64,000 bases of DNA from the IMG/VR virus record IMGVR_UViG_3300006339_000005, positions 62,587 through 126,586 of that record. The stretch is one strand, 5' to 3'. This document shows, piece after piece, positions 49,800 to 60,901 of this stretch. The stretch's first letter is position 1. Each line of letters begins with the position of its first letter. The notes below the pieces were generated by a model that worked only from the letters and a program-made list of their open reading frames with translations, was not told the DNA's origin and searched no databases. Origin of the DNA: a virus. The position numbers and the translations under genes are program-made.

Positions 49800-50505
49800 T
49801 ATCCTCGCTTGAGATATAAAGCCATATCTTCTTAAGTAGTTTTCTTAATACAGGGTGTCTAGTATCAAAATCAAAAGCCGCGAAGTAACCAAATAAGTTA
49901 GGTGACAATAAATGATCTATTTCATCTCTAAATTGTGCAGTCTTGCCAGCCATACGTAATAATGTAAGGGCAGTTTCTTTATCTGATTTACGTATTAATT
50001 CACTAGCAATATTTTTAGCATACGCTTCTATTTCATCATCGTTTCCTAAATATTCTCTAGTCTTTTTTATTTTAGTAGTTAACCCTTTTTTTGGTTTAAA
50101 CTCGCGTTGTTTTTTAAAACCGCGTCCACGATATTGACTCAAATGAATCATTTCGTGTTCTAATAAATCTATTAATCTACTTTTAATATTCTCTAATCCT
50201 TTAGGACTAAAAGCAATAGTTTTATCTTCTTTAGAAAAAATTAATTCAATTTCAAAATGATTAAAACCTTCCTCATCGTCAATAGGATCATAAGCGGCAT
50301 TCATATTCATGTCACCTACTTCTACATTTTTAGATCGTACAATTGTTACTTCATCAACACCAATTGACTTTAAATCAGCTTGTAATTTATTCTTAATGTC
50401 GTTAAGAGGAATCTCCTCACCTGAGGCAATGAAGGTTAAAAAAGGTGCCAACGCTGACTCGATGTCTTTTCTACTAGCTGGTTCTGTAAATTCCATCATC
50501 AACAT
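49792..50505 (-). CDS. Zincin-like (HExxH) metallopeptidase-fold protein
   Basis: LEHEMIHLSQY plus downstream EIEAYA. Confidence 0.6.
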   Translation of the reverse strand: MLMMEFTEPASRKDIESALAPFLTFIASGEEIPLNDIKNKLQADLKSIGVDEVTIVRSKNVEVGDMNMNAAYDPIDDEEGFNHFEIELIFSKEDKTIAFSPKGLENIKSRLIDLLEHEMIHLSQYRGRGFKKQREFKPKKGLTTKIKKTREYLGNDDEIEAYAKNIASELIRKSDKETALTLLRMAGKTAQFRDEIDHLLSPNLFGYFAAFDFDTRHPVLRKLLKKIWLYISSEDNG

Positions 50506-50769
50506 TATACACCTACCTTAATATCGTTTTCGACCTATTCATTTCTCGTTGTTGCCAATCTGGGTCGCTCATATTGCCAATCCAATGCTCAGGAAAGTTT
50601 GATTGCCCACATTGTTTAAGCCCAAACATTAACCCAAATCCTAAACAAAAAAATACTATAATCCATACCGTTTCTTTAGCCACGATGCCCCCTGTTTAAC
50701 TCTGTAGCTTACTAGCCATATAAAGTTGTATATTCTACACTTAATAATGTATAGCTTCATATATTTATT

Positions 50770-51006
50770 CTAGCCAATGGTCCCAGCTTCAACATCACCA
50801 TCTCCGTCTTGTTTATCAAGCTGTTCTGATATTAAGTCGTATGATATTGTTTTATGTGCTGAAGCCTCCATTAGCTTTTTAATTAGAACATCTTTCCTAG
50901 AAATCTCTGAACGTAAATGCCCTAACATTTTATCACGTACTTCTACTTGAGATTCTAAAATCGCAAGTTGTGTAGTCAACATACTTTCCCTCTCTGCGTC
51001 ATGCAT
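50770..51006 (-). CDS. Coiled-coil hypothetical protein
   Basis: GAGGAG RBS before 51006; heptad pattern. Confidence 0.6.
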   Translation of the reverse strand: MHDAERESMLTTQLAILESQVEVRDKMLGHLRSEISRKDVLIKKLMEASAHKTISYDLISEQLDKQDGDGDVEAGTIG

Positions 51007-51114
51007 TGTACTACTCCTCTTTAGTGGCCCATTTATCAACCCAGGCCATAATAGGGTTATTTGTAAACAATATTAACACGTATAATGGCGCCAATATAAA
51101 AAGTAGCACCTCCA

Positions 51115-51417
51115 TTATTCGGACAACATTATTGATGAATAGTATTCGCACCCTCGTAGAACACCATCTACAAATTCTAGTTCAGTATCATACTTGTGAT
51201 GACAAGTATTAAAACTAACTTTTAATGATACTCCATTATGAACATACCAATGATTTTTTGAAAGTTCTGTTCTACCTATTTCCATATTTTCCGTTTCACA
51301 TTCTATTACAGAGTCAGTCCAGTCGCGTAGTTGATCTGAAATCAAGATTGCATGAATCATGGGCATTTTGAGAATATAAGTTTTAACTAACGGATTACCC
51401 GTTAACGAACATTCCAT
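51115..51417 (-). CDS. Hypothetical protein
   Basis: 100-aa ORF co-oriented with neighbours. Confidence 0.5.
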   Translation of the reverse strand: MECSLTGNPLVKTYILKMPMIHAILISDQLRDWTDSVIECETENMEIGRTELSKNHWYVHNGVSLKVSFNTCHHKYDTELEFVDGVLRGCEYYSSIMLSE

Positions 51418-51507
51418 ATTACATACCTACTATTAACCACGAGCTAATAATAATACCAGCTATAACCATAGAAATCATAACTTCTCCTTATTTTTATTTT
51501 AATGAAA

Positions 51508-52119
51508 TTAATTATCGCTTGACTTATAGTCTTTATCGACCACACACATAACCATATGAATTCTATCTGCTTCACTGCCGTTAAATTGTGAATGATAAAA
51601 ACGTGTATCAGTAAACCAGCAAGTTCCCGTTTTCATATGATGTACTTCGTCTTCGATAATCATTTTTGATCCAATTAAGGTTCTAACAGGAACGTGTATC
51701 CTTGGCTCTGGATCACGATGCCAGGATAAAGCCCTTCGTGGCATAGAACGTACTAAACGTACCCGTCCTATTTTCCAGTCCTCAGAAATTGTTTCGTATA
51801 CTTGTTTAAAATATGTATGAGCAAACTCGGGAATAAATTTTGTGTACTCGCTTTCGCATATATCTTGTAAGCGACTTACTTCTTTGCCTTCAGCATCAAA
51901 CGTATCATAATGCCCGCCTTCGCCTCCATGATACTCGTGTTCTTCATTTTCTTTTTCTGTTAAGCAAATCTGTGGAGAGTAAATATCATTCTTGCCAAAC
52001 TTGTTTACATTTCCTCCGGACATCTTATCGCCCCAAGGACAAATCTGCAATACATCATGTAGCCCTTCTTCTAGCTTTTCGTTATCAAACTCATATGTTA
52101 ATTTTTTAAAGTACTTCAT
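51508..52119 (-). CDS. Aspartyl/asparaginyl beta-hydroxylase-like 2OG oxygenase/cupin
   Basis: SWHRD..RIHVP..DTRFYHSQFNGSEADRIHMV; start refined to 52119 behind GGAGG. Confidence 0.75.
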   Translation of the reverse strand: MKYFKKLTYEFDNEKLEEGLHDVLQICPWGDKMSGGNVNKFGKNDIYSPQICLTEKENEEHEYHGGEGGHYDTFDAEGKEVSRLQDICESEYTKFIPEFAHTYFKQVYETISEDWKIGRVRLVRSMPRRALSWHRDPEPRIHVPVRTLIGSKMIIEDEVHHMKTGTCWFTDTRFYHSQFNGSEADRIHMVMCVVDKDYKSSDN

Positions 52120-52387
52120 TACCAACACCCTCCTCGTATTGCACATAGGAATAACATCTTTGCTTTAACATGAAATGGAGCCACTTCAGCACAACCCATG
52201 TTTATATTATAGAACCATACTCCACCTATAGTTGCACTTACAATAAAGAATCCTATAGTTACTTTCCAAAATGTTGTCATTGTATTAAACTCAGTATAAC
52301 GAAAGTACTAATAATAAACACTATGTATCCAACTGTTACTAGTATTCTTTCTTTAGTTTTTGACTTAAAAAGATAATGATGTTCCAT

Positions 52388-53518
52388 CTATCTATTCATT
52401 ATAAACATACTTCCAAACTTTGTATTAACCGCGTCACTTAGATTAACGTCCTCTTGTTTATAATACCCTTCTTTGTTAAGTTTATCTTGTAAAAATAATT
52501 CAACCATTGTTAACATTCCTGATGCAGTAGTTAATTCTATTGCTGTATAATATCTATCATTATATGTTTCTGGATAAAATACTTTCTTGTATATACGTTC
52601 CTTATGCTTACCATTTATCCTACCACCAGCTGTAATAAACAAAATTACAACATCACGTCTTGTAGTTGACACACCTCTTTTAATAATTTCAATTAACTCT
52701 TTATTAGGAATTCTTAAATCATTTATTAAGAAATCTATAAGGTTATGATGTCCTTTACGGCGTATAGTTTTATAATTTATATTTGAATGCGTAAAGCGTT
52801 CATCATCTAAGTCAGCTATAGTTCTTGCAAACGTACCTAAGCCTCCACTCGTATTAAATGCTTCATACGTATCACCGCCAATCATTAATGTTTCATATCC
52901 TGTAAGAGTAGGCACTTCATAATATTTGCCATCTCTAATAATTGCACAATCGCCACAATACTCATTTACTAAACCATCAGCACTCCATGACAAATGATAC
53001 TTTAACTTATTAGTTGCATCTTGTGATAATGCTCCAACACGTATCTTAATATGATCAACTGGATCCATATCATGCATTAAGTTGTTTGCAATAACTGTAC
53101 TCATACCAGGAGCAAGTCCACAATGCGGCATTGTAAATTGGATGCCTGTTCTAGTTTCAGAAACATACTTACGATCTCTTATCCAATTATCTAATTCAGC
53201 ATCTTCTGAGAAATCAAAGTACGGAATATTACATTCCATACAAGCATTATGAATAACCATATTTTCTGTATATGGTAGAGCATTAATTATAAGTGTAAAG
53301 TCACAAACGAAATCCTGTAGTATTGAGTTGTTTGCTCCAGGATGTCTAGTATCTATTTGCTTGTAATCTTCTTCAGCAAATGCTCCCGAACGAGTAGCAT
53401 TATATGGCGTCATATCCGCTACTGTAACGCTGTAGTTTGTACGATCTTTTAAAAGATGATATACTGCACTACCTATTGCTCCTGCTCCGAATATTCCTAT
53501 TTTAACTTGATCAGACAT
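52388..53518 (-). CDS. Saccharopine dehydrogenase / lysine 6-dehydrogenase family protein
   Basis: GAGAIG Rossmann, NALPY, CGLAPG, RVGAL, WSADGLVNEY, EAFNTSGG, YKTIR. Confidence 0.9.
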   Translation of the reverse strand: MSDQVKIGIFGAGAIGSAVYHLLKDRTNYSVTVADMTPYNATRSGAFAEEDYKQIDTRHPGANNSILQDFVCDFTLIINALPYTENMVIHNACMECNIPYFDFSEDAELDNWIRDRKYVSETRTGIQFTMPHCGLAPGMSTVIANNLMHDMDPVDHIKIRVGALSQDATNKLKYHLSWSADGLVNEYCGDCAIIRDGKYYEVPTLTGYETLMIGGDTYEAFNTSGGLGTFARTIADLDDERFTHSNINYKTIRRKGHHNLIDFLINDLRIPNKELIEIIKRGVSTTRRDVVILFITAGGRINGKHKERIYKKVFYPETYNDRYYTAIELTTASGMLTMVELFLQDKLNKEGYYKQEDVNLSDAVNTKFGSMFIMNR

Positions 53519-53529
53519 AATGCTTGTAC

Positions 53530-54381
53530 TTATCTAACTTTGGATAAGAACTCCTTCACTGTATTAACAACAACAAATCTTAGATTTTTAAATTCCATTA
53601 GCCGCCTAATTACATAAGGCATCCAGTCTGCTCCATATGGTGCATACGTTCTAACATTATAACCTTCACCTATTAAGCGTTTAGCTAAATCACGCCTAAT
53701 GCCAAACAACATTTCAAAATAAAACTTCCTTTTACAACTGTATTGTTTTGCTAATTCTTTAATTCTATGTATTAAATATTCATCATGAGTTGCTAGTGAT
53801 ATTAATTCTTGCTTATAACTCTTATCATAAAAGTATCCGCTTTTAAAAAGCTCTTCTACTAATTCTAAATATGAGCTTCGTACCTTATGTTTATTATGGA
53901 TATCTCCTTTGTATGCACCTTTACAAATTCTTACTCTACGTTTACTTTCAATTACATCTGCTAAATCAGTATATGAACGTTCCATATTAGCTTGTAATAC
54001 AATACCGATATCCTTAAAGCATCGTGAAAATTTTAATGTATCATCAATTGACTCTGCTTTCTCCATATCAAATTTAATTTTAATAAACGGTATATCTTTT
54101 ACTACATTAACAATTCGTTCTACAGGTTCTTTCCAATCACTAGGTAGCTGACCGAATTGACTTAACTTAATAGATACTTCGTATTCTCTATGTGGAAGGT
54201 CAAATAACTTACTAATTAAATCTAAATATTCTTTTAAGTTTGCTTTAATTTCACAAGGTGCATAAGCACTTTCGCCTACATAATTAATAGTCACTAGATC
54301 ATATTGTCTGATATTGTATAACATTGATGCAATATCATCACCAGCAATAAATCTCTTAGCTAACGGAAATAATAATTTCAT
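53530..54381 (-). CDS. Monofunctional proline dehydrogenase
   Basis: RFIAG, SIKLSQFG, DME, GIVLQA, VRICKGAY, ATHD, EMLFGIR, YAPYG..YVIRRL. Confidence 0.92.
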   Translation of the reverse strand: MKLLFPLAKRFIAGDDIASMLYNIRQYDLVTINYVGESAYAPCEIKANLKEYLDLISKLFDLPHREYEVSIKLSQFGQLPSDWKEPVERIVNVVKDIPFIKIKFDMEKAESIDDTLKFSRCFKDIGIVLQANMERSYTDLADVIESKRRVRICKGAYKGDIHNKHKVRSSYLELVEELFKSGYFYDKSYKQELISLATHDEYLIHRIKELAKQYSCKRKFYFEMLFGIRRDLAKRLIGEGYNVRTYAPYGADWMPYVIRRLMEFKNLRFVVVNTVKEFLSKVR

Positions 54382-55739
54382 AACGGGCTTCTTATAAACC
54401 TAGCTTGGAAAAATCGTAATTCTTTTGGCTCGTATGTCATTGTTAAGCCTTTTATTTTATCTGCATTTTTATATAACTGACTAATAGAATTAGCGGTATA
54501 TTCTAAATGCTCTGACGTATATACCCTGCGTGGAATTGTTAAACGTATTAATTCCATATCATCGTAAGGTTCGTCACCGTGTTGTCCTGATACAATTCCA
54601 CGCTCCATTGTTCTAACACCAGACTCTTCATATATTGAAGCGGCTACTGTTTGTGCTGGATATCTGTCTTGTGGAATATGTGGAACAAATCTTTTTGCAT
54701 CAATAAAAACTGCATGGCCTCCAATTGGTACTACAATAGGTACCCCTCCTTCTTGTAACTGTTCTCCAAAATGTCTTACTTGTCCTACTCTATGTGCAAT
54801 ATGATCATCGTCAACGCTTTCATAAAGACCTCTTGCTAACGCTTCCATATCACGTCCTGACAGCCCACCGTAGGTATGAAGTCCTTCATATATTACTACC
54901 ATGCCTCGCATTCTTTCAAATAGTTCTTCGTCATTAAGGGCAATGAAGCCGCCCATATTTACAAGTCCATCCTTTTTAGCTGAGCAAGTTATACCATCTG
55001 CATACGCACAAATTTGTAAAACAATTTCTGCAACTGATTCATGAAAACCGTTTGCAATGACTGGGCCATCTAACTGTTGAATAAAATAAGCATTCTCTAC
55101 TAATCGTGTTGCATCTATCCACAATGGTATATTGTGTTCTTTACAAATTGAACTTACCTCTGACAGATTTTGCATACTAAATGGTTCACCACCAGCCATA
55201 TTAACACAAGCCTCCATGCTAACAAATGGCACGTGATTATTATTAATGCAATCTTTCAATTTATCTAAATCAATATTTCCTTTATATGGAAAATCATTTT
55301 CAGGTTGATGTGCTTCATCTACTGATACGTCTTCCCAAATTCCTTTTGCTATTTCTTGATGGGCTCGTCTAGTAGTAAAATAAAGATTGTTAGGAATTAC
55401 ATCACCTTCTTTAATCATTAACTGAGATTGAATATGTTCTGCTCCACGCCCTTGATGTGTAGGAACAACATACTTAAATCCGTATATGTCTTGAATTGCT
55501 TTTTCTAAATTATAAAAGTTTCTTGACCCAGCGTATGCTTCATCACCTAACATCATGCCTGCCCATTGATTATCGGACATGGCTGTCGTGCCTGAGTCTG
55601 TTAATAAATCAATATAAACATCTTCTGACCTTAAAAGAAACGTATTATAATGAGCTTCTTTCATTGCTACTAATCTGTCTTTATATGGAATAAGCCTAAT
55701 AGGCTCAACTGCTTTTATTTTATACGGTGGTAAATGCAT
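54378..55739 (-). CDS. tpl: Tyrosine phenol-lyase (PLP beta-eliminating lyase)
   Basis: IDLLTDSGT, GDEAYAGS, PTHQGRGAE, SAKKD PLP-Lys; TPL-type YFTT, MERG, LRFF. Confidence 0.88.
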   Translation of the reverse strand: MHLPPYKIKAVEPIRLIPYKDRLVAMKEAHYNTFLLRSEDVYIDLLTDSGTTAMSDNQWAGMMLGDEAYAGSRNFYNLEKAIQDIYGFKYVVPTHQGRGAEHIQSQLMIKEGDVIPNNLYFTTRRAHQEIAKGIWEDVSVDEAHQPENDFPYKGNIDLDKLKDCINNNHVPFVSMEACVNMAGGEPFSMQNLSEVSSICKEHNIPLWIDATRLVENAYFIQQLDGPVIANGFHESVAEIVLQICAYADGITCSAKKDGLVNMGGFIALNDEELFERMRGMVVIYEGLHTYGGLSGRDMEALARGLYESVDDDHIAHRVGQVRHFGEQLQEGGVPIVVPIGGHAVFIDAKRFVPHIPQDRYPAQTVAASIYEESGVRTMERGIVSGQHGDEPYDDMELIRLTIPRRVYTSEHLEYTANSISQLYKNADKIKGLTMTYEPKELRFFQARFIRSPL

Positions 55740-56211
55740 ACTTGGTATCCTTATAGAAAGATAATTCGTTATCCATTATGCCGAACTTTAATTGCATTTC
55801 GTTTAAAGAACTATCCCAATCTTCTTTCGTCCAGTTTACCTCGCCTATACGCTTAATATTTCTCGTACGCCCGTAGGTAAAGCCACGTTCAAAAATGTTT
55901 ATTTGTTCTTTACTAAATTTATTTTTTTTAGGATATAGGAAGCGTGAAATAAATTTGAATAATTTAACTTCCCACGTTTTGGTTCGATCATCATTGCCCA
56001 TTGTAAAGCCAATTACAAAAGCCTCTGAGTCATTTGATTGATCACATTCTAGTAAGACATGAATAGCATCATGATCTCGTAATGCCGCTGATCCATGAAG
56101 ACAAAAAGGCGACATTGGGTTCTCCACAAACCATATTATAAAAGATATCTCAGTCGGTTCGACTGTTTCATACCCACGTATGAACTCCTCGTATACTTCC
56201 CGAAAAGTCAT
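55720..56211 (-). CDS. Coq4-like metal-binding protein
   Basis: HDAIH-x11-E matches the Coq4 HDxxH-x11-E motif. Confidence 0.65.
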   Translation of the reverse strand: MTFREVYEEFIRGYETVEPTEISFIIWFVENPMSPFCLHGSAALRDHDAIHVLLECDQSNDSEAFVIGFTMGNDDRTKTWEVKLFKFISRFLYPKKNKFSKEQINIFERGFTYGRTRNIKRIGEVNWTKEDWDSSLNEMQLKFGIMDNELSFYKDTKYAFTTV

Positions 56212-56223
56212 TACCTTGCCCCC

Positions 56224-56502
56224 TTAAAACACAAACATTTTAAATATTCCTGATAGCGTAATTGCTACTACAATTATATTTAACACTAGTAAGTTAATAC
56301 TTTGTCGTAAGTAAGCATTAATTGTATGTAGTAACGCACCGGATAAAGTGAATAGGAAAACTAGAGAAACAGGAGCATCGTCGCCGTGCCATGCTAGTAT
56401 AACATACACACTTATAAAGCACAATGCTCCTGTAGTTTCAACAACTAACCTAAACCTGTTCTGTTCCCAATCTTCTATTAACCACGACTTAAAACTTTTC
56501 AA
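56224..56502 (-). CDS. Small integral membrane protein
   Basis: About three hydrophobic helices. Confidence 0.65.
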   Translation of the reverse strand: MKSFKSWLIEDWEQNRFRLVVETTGALCFISVYVILAWHGDDAPVSLVFLFTLSGALLHTINAYLRQSINLLVLNIIVVAITLSGIFKMFVF

Positions 56503-56891
56503 ATTCCAGGTCCTTCTTCCCCAGGTGTAAAGAGTTCAGCTTTATTACCACCTACTATACAAGCCTTATCTTGACCTTTAAACATAAAAGAAATTGCCCA
56601 TTGGTCGTTATCTGGATTCATCCACATCTCTACAGAAACTAGCTCTTTGTAAAAATGATTATGAACTAATCCTTTCATAGCTCTATGCATACGATAATCC
56701 TTTTTAGCCATAGCTAATATCTTTTCCTTTGTATCACAATACGTCATTATTACATTTAGGTTCTTCAGCTCTGGACCTTTTACATCTGGTAATGTACCGT
56801 TTGACAGAGCATCATTCATTAAGAATAATGTTGTTAAACAAAGAATAGCAAAATATAAAGCTAGTTTTATCTGTACTGATAGGTGTCTCAT
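56499..56891 (-). CDS. Secreted/membrane-anchored hypothetical protein
   Basis: N-terminal signal-like helix; ATGA coupling. Confidence 0.6.
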   Translation of the reverse strand: MRHLSVQIKLALYFAILCLTTLFLMNDALSNGTLPDVKGPELKNLNVIMTYCDTKEKILAMAKKDYRMHRAMKGLVHNHFYKELVSVEMWMNPDNDQWAISFMFKGQDKACIVGGNKAELFTPGEEGPGI

Positions 56892-57604
56892 CTACCCTCC
56901 TTCATCAAAGTATCCGTTCCCGGACTAATTGCCATTGAACACGGCATCCAAACATTCTCTTTAGCATGGTAATGAACATTAGATCCACAGTCTAAATAAT
57001 CTGCGGCCGCTAGTGCTTTTTGCGGAGTATCATATGTATGATCAAATATATTATCAGAGTCTTTTACACCGTCAGGAACTGCTCGTTTTAATTCAAGATG
57101 TTGACTATGTGACCCTTCATCATGTCGTTTAAAAGGTTTGTTGTGACTAGAATTTGGATCATCTCTAGGATCTTTCTGAGGTGCCCACTGGTCTTCGTTC
57201 TGCTTTCCTAAAAATGGTGGAGCATTCTCTTCTGCTTCTATTAAATGCTTGTTGTTTGCTATAAATTGATTAATATTTTTATAAAAATCATCTTTTCCAT
57301 TATAGCCAACCCACCTAGTAATTTCTCTATCCGTCCATATCATGAACGTAGGTGTGCCTGCAATTCTACCTACACGCTTTGATTTGAATGCTTCAATATA
57401 CCAATCAGGCACAGGACCATCCATATCAATAATATGTAACGGTAATACTTTGCCTGCTTCAGACTCAGCATACGTTGGTTTAACTTCTTCTAAAAATCGC
57501 ACACAAAAATTACAATTTGGATTGCTGAACATTAATAGTTCAATTGCGTGACTTGGTGTAACAAATAGCACGATGAATGCTAGAGCTAATAATAGCTTTT
57601 TCAT
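56888..57604 (-). CDS. Exported thioredoxin-fold protein (SoxS-like) with C-terminal Cys/His domain
   Basis: Signal peptide, CNFC, GTPTF cis-Pro loop; C-terminal DC..H..WMPC. Confidence 0.75.
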   Translation of the reverse strand: MKKLLLALAFIVLFVTPSHAIELLMFSNPNCNFCVRFLEEVKPTYAESEAGKVLPLHIIDMDGPVPDWYIEAFKSKRVGRIAGTPTFMIWTDREITRWVGYNGKDDFYKNINQFIANNKHLIEAEENAPPFLGKQNEDQWAPQKDPRDDPNSSHNKPFKRHDEGSHSQHLELKRAVPDGVKDSDNIFDHTYDTPQKALAAADYLDCGSNVHYHAKENVWMPCSMAISPGTDTLMKEGR

Positions 57605-57627
57605 ACCCTCTCTCCTTTATGTGAAAT

Positions 57628-59151
57628 TTACTCTTCTATCTGAGCTTTTTGTAATGTACCACTATAATCAACAAAGACAGATTTCCACTCAGTACAATTA
57701 TCAATCATACTGTGTCCTGCTTCACGATGCCCATTACCGGTTCCTTTAGTACCACCAAAGGGTAACTGTATTTCTGCACCAATAGTTGACGAATTAATGT
57801 AAGTAATGCCTGTGTCTATTTCATTAAACGCTTTAAAGGCAAAATTTACATTCGCCGTATAAACTGCGGCCGATAATCCATACTTAGAATTATTAACCAT
57901 GTCTATAACTTCATCAGTATCACTAAACGATACTAATGCTACTACAGGACCAAACACTTCTTCCTGTGCAATCATATCGTCTTGCTTTACGTTTGTAATA
58001 ACAGTTGGCATATAAAACCAACCGTATGTTTCTTTAAACGTGCCATACTTCTCTGGAACATCATTAGTAGGCTGTTGGTTAATAGCACCTCCACACAATA
58101 CAGTATTAGTAACCTTAGCTTCTGTTACCATCATGTGTATTTTATTTAACGCTTTTTCATTAATAACAGGCCCCATATCAACCTTATCGTCTGAACCGTC
58201 ACCTACAAATAATGCTTCGGCTCGCTTAACAAGTTTATCTGTAAACTCGTCTTTAATGCTATCTTGAACAAATACTCTTGAACACGCTGTACAACGTTGT
58301 CCTGTTGTGCCAAATGCACCCCACACAACACCGTCAACAGCAAGATCCATATCAGCATCTTCCATAACAACTATTGCATTCTTGCCACCCATCTCTAATG
58401 AATAAGGCTTCATTTGATCTGCACATCTAGTTGCTACTTTCCAACCTGTAACTGTTGAGCCAGTAAATGATATAAACTTAACTGTAGTGTTTGCTACTAA
58501 TGGTTGTCCCGCCGATTCTCCATAACCTGTAACTACATTAAACACTCCTGGTGGTAATCCTGCTTCTTCAAATACCATTGCTAGTCTACATACACTCAGT
58601 GGTGTATCTTCCGCTGGCTTAATAACCATTGTGTTACCGGCTACAAGGGCAGGGAAGGCCTTCCATGACGGAATAGCTATTGGAAAATTCCAAGGAGTGA
58701 TTGCTCCGATAACGCCTATTGGCATTCGCATGGACATACAGAACTTATCATTCAGTTCTGATGGAACTGTCATTCCTCCCAATCTCCGACCCTCACCTGC
58801 CGCATAGTAGCCCATATCAATTGCTTCTTGAACATCGCCACGTGTTTCAGATAATGGCTTACCCATTTCCTGAGTCATTATCTTTGCTATATCTTCTTTA
58901 TCTCGTATTAAAATTTCGGACGCTTTAAATAATATCTCACCGCGTTTTGGTGCTGGAACCTTACGCCACGTTTTAAATGCTTCGTGTGCCACAGCTACAG
59001 CTTTATCGATATCTTCTTTATTACTGTCTTGGACAGTAGCTATAACTTGTTTACAATGAGCAGGGTTCGTGACTTCAATCTTTTTACCTGAAGCTGAGTC
59101 TACCCATTGGCCACCTATATAATTTTTATAGTCAGTTTTCATTAGAATCAT
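57628..59151 (-). CDS. NAD(P)+-dependent aldehyde dehydrogenase
   Basis: PWNFP, KPAEDTP, FTGST, LEMGGKN, GQRCTA, EEVFGP, PFGG. Confidence 0.96.
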   Translation of the reverse strand: MILMKTDYKNYIGGQWVDSASGKKIEVTNPAHCKQVIATVQDSNKEDIDKAVAVAHEAFKTWRKVPAPKRGEILFKASEILIRDKEDIAKIMTQEMGKPLSETRGDVQEAIDMGYYAAGEGRRLGGMTVPSELNDKFCMSMRMPIGVIGAITPWNFPIAIPSWKAFPALVAGNTMVIKPAEDTPLSVCRLAMVFEEAGLPPGVFNVVTGYGESAGQPLVANTTVKFISFTGSTVTGWKVATRCADQMKPYSLEMGGKNAIVVMEDADMDLAVDGVVWGAFGTTGQRCTACSRVFVQDSIKDEFTDKLVKRAEALFVGDGSDDKVDMGPVINEKALNKIHMMVTEAKVTNTVLCGGAINQQPTNDVPEKYGTFKETYGWFYMPTVITNVKQDDMIAQEEVFGPVVALVSFSDTDEVIDMVNNSKYGLSAAVYTANVNFAFKAFNEIDTGITYINSSTIGAEIQLPFGGTKGTGNGHREAGHSMIDNCTEWKSVFVDYSGTLQKAQIEE

Positions 59152-59178
59152 GGTAACTCCTTCGTTTAATTATATGCG

Positions 59179-59185
59179 TATTTAA
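59179..59185 (-). promoter_or_regulatory. Possible late promoter TTAAATA upstream of ALDH operon
   Basis: TAAATA core 28 nt before start with AAGGAG RBS. Confidence 0.4.
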
Positions 59186-59190
59186 CTCTA

Positions 59191-60774
<1,584 letters not shown>

Positions 60775-60785
<11 letters not shown>

Positions 60786-60901
60786 TTAATTTTCCTCTTT
60801 CTTAATACCCAATAGTTTTTTAATCAATTCAAGCATATATTTTATCTTACTCATAGTACAGGCACAACAAGATTCTTTAACGGTAGTTGTCATTTAATTT
60901 T
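60775..60901. repeat. 19-bp direct repeat pair
   Basis: GTAGTTGTCATTTAATTTT at 60775-60793 and 60883-60901. Confidence 0.85.
60786..60893 (-). CDS. 35-aa mini-ORF between beta and alpha subunit genes
   Basis: MTTTVKESCCACTMSKIKYMLELIKKLLGIKKEEN; ATGA overlap upstream, TAAATG junction downstream. Confidence 0.5.
   Translation of the reverse strand: MTTTVKESCCACTMSKIKYMLELIKKLLGIKKEEN

Noticed and set aside
54378-55739. Tryptophanase (tnaA)
   Set aside because: Specificity positions are TPL-type (Thr, Arg, Phe).
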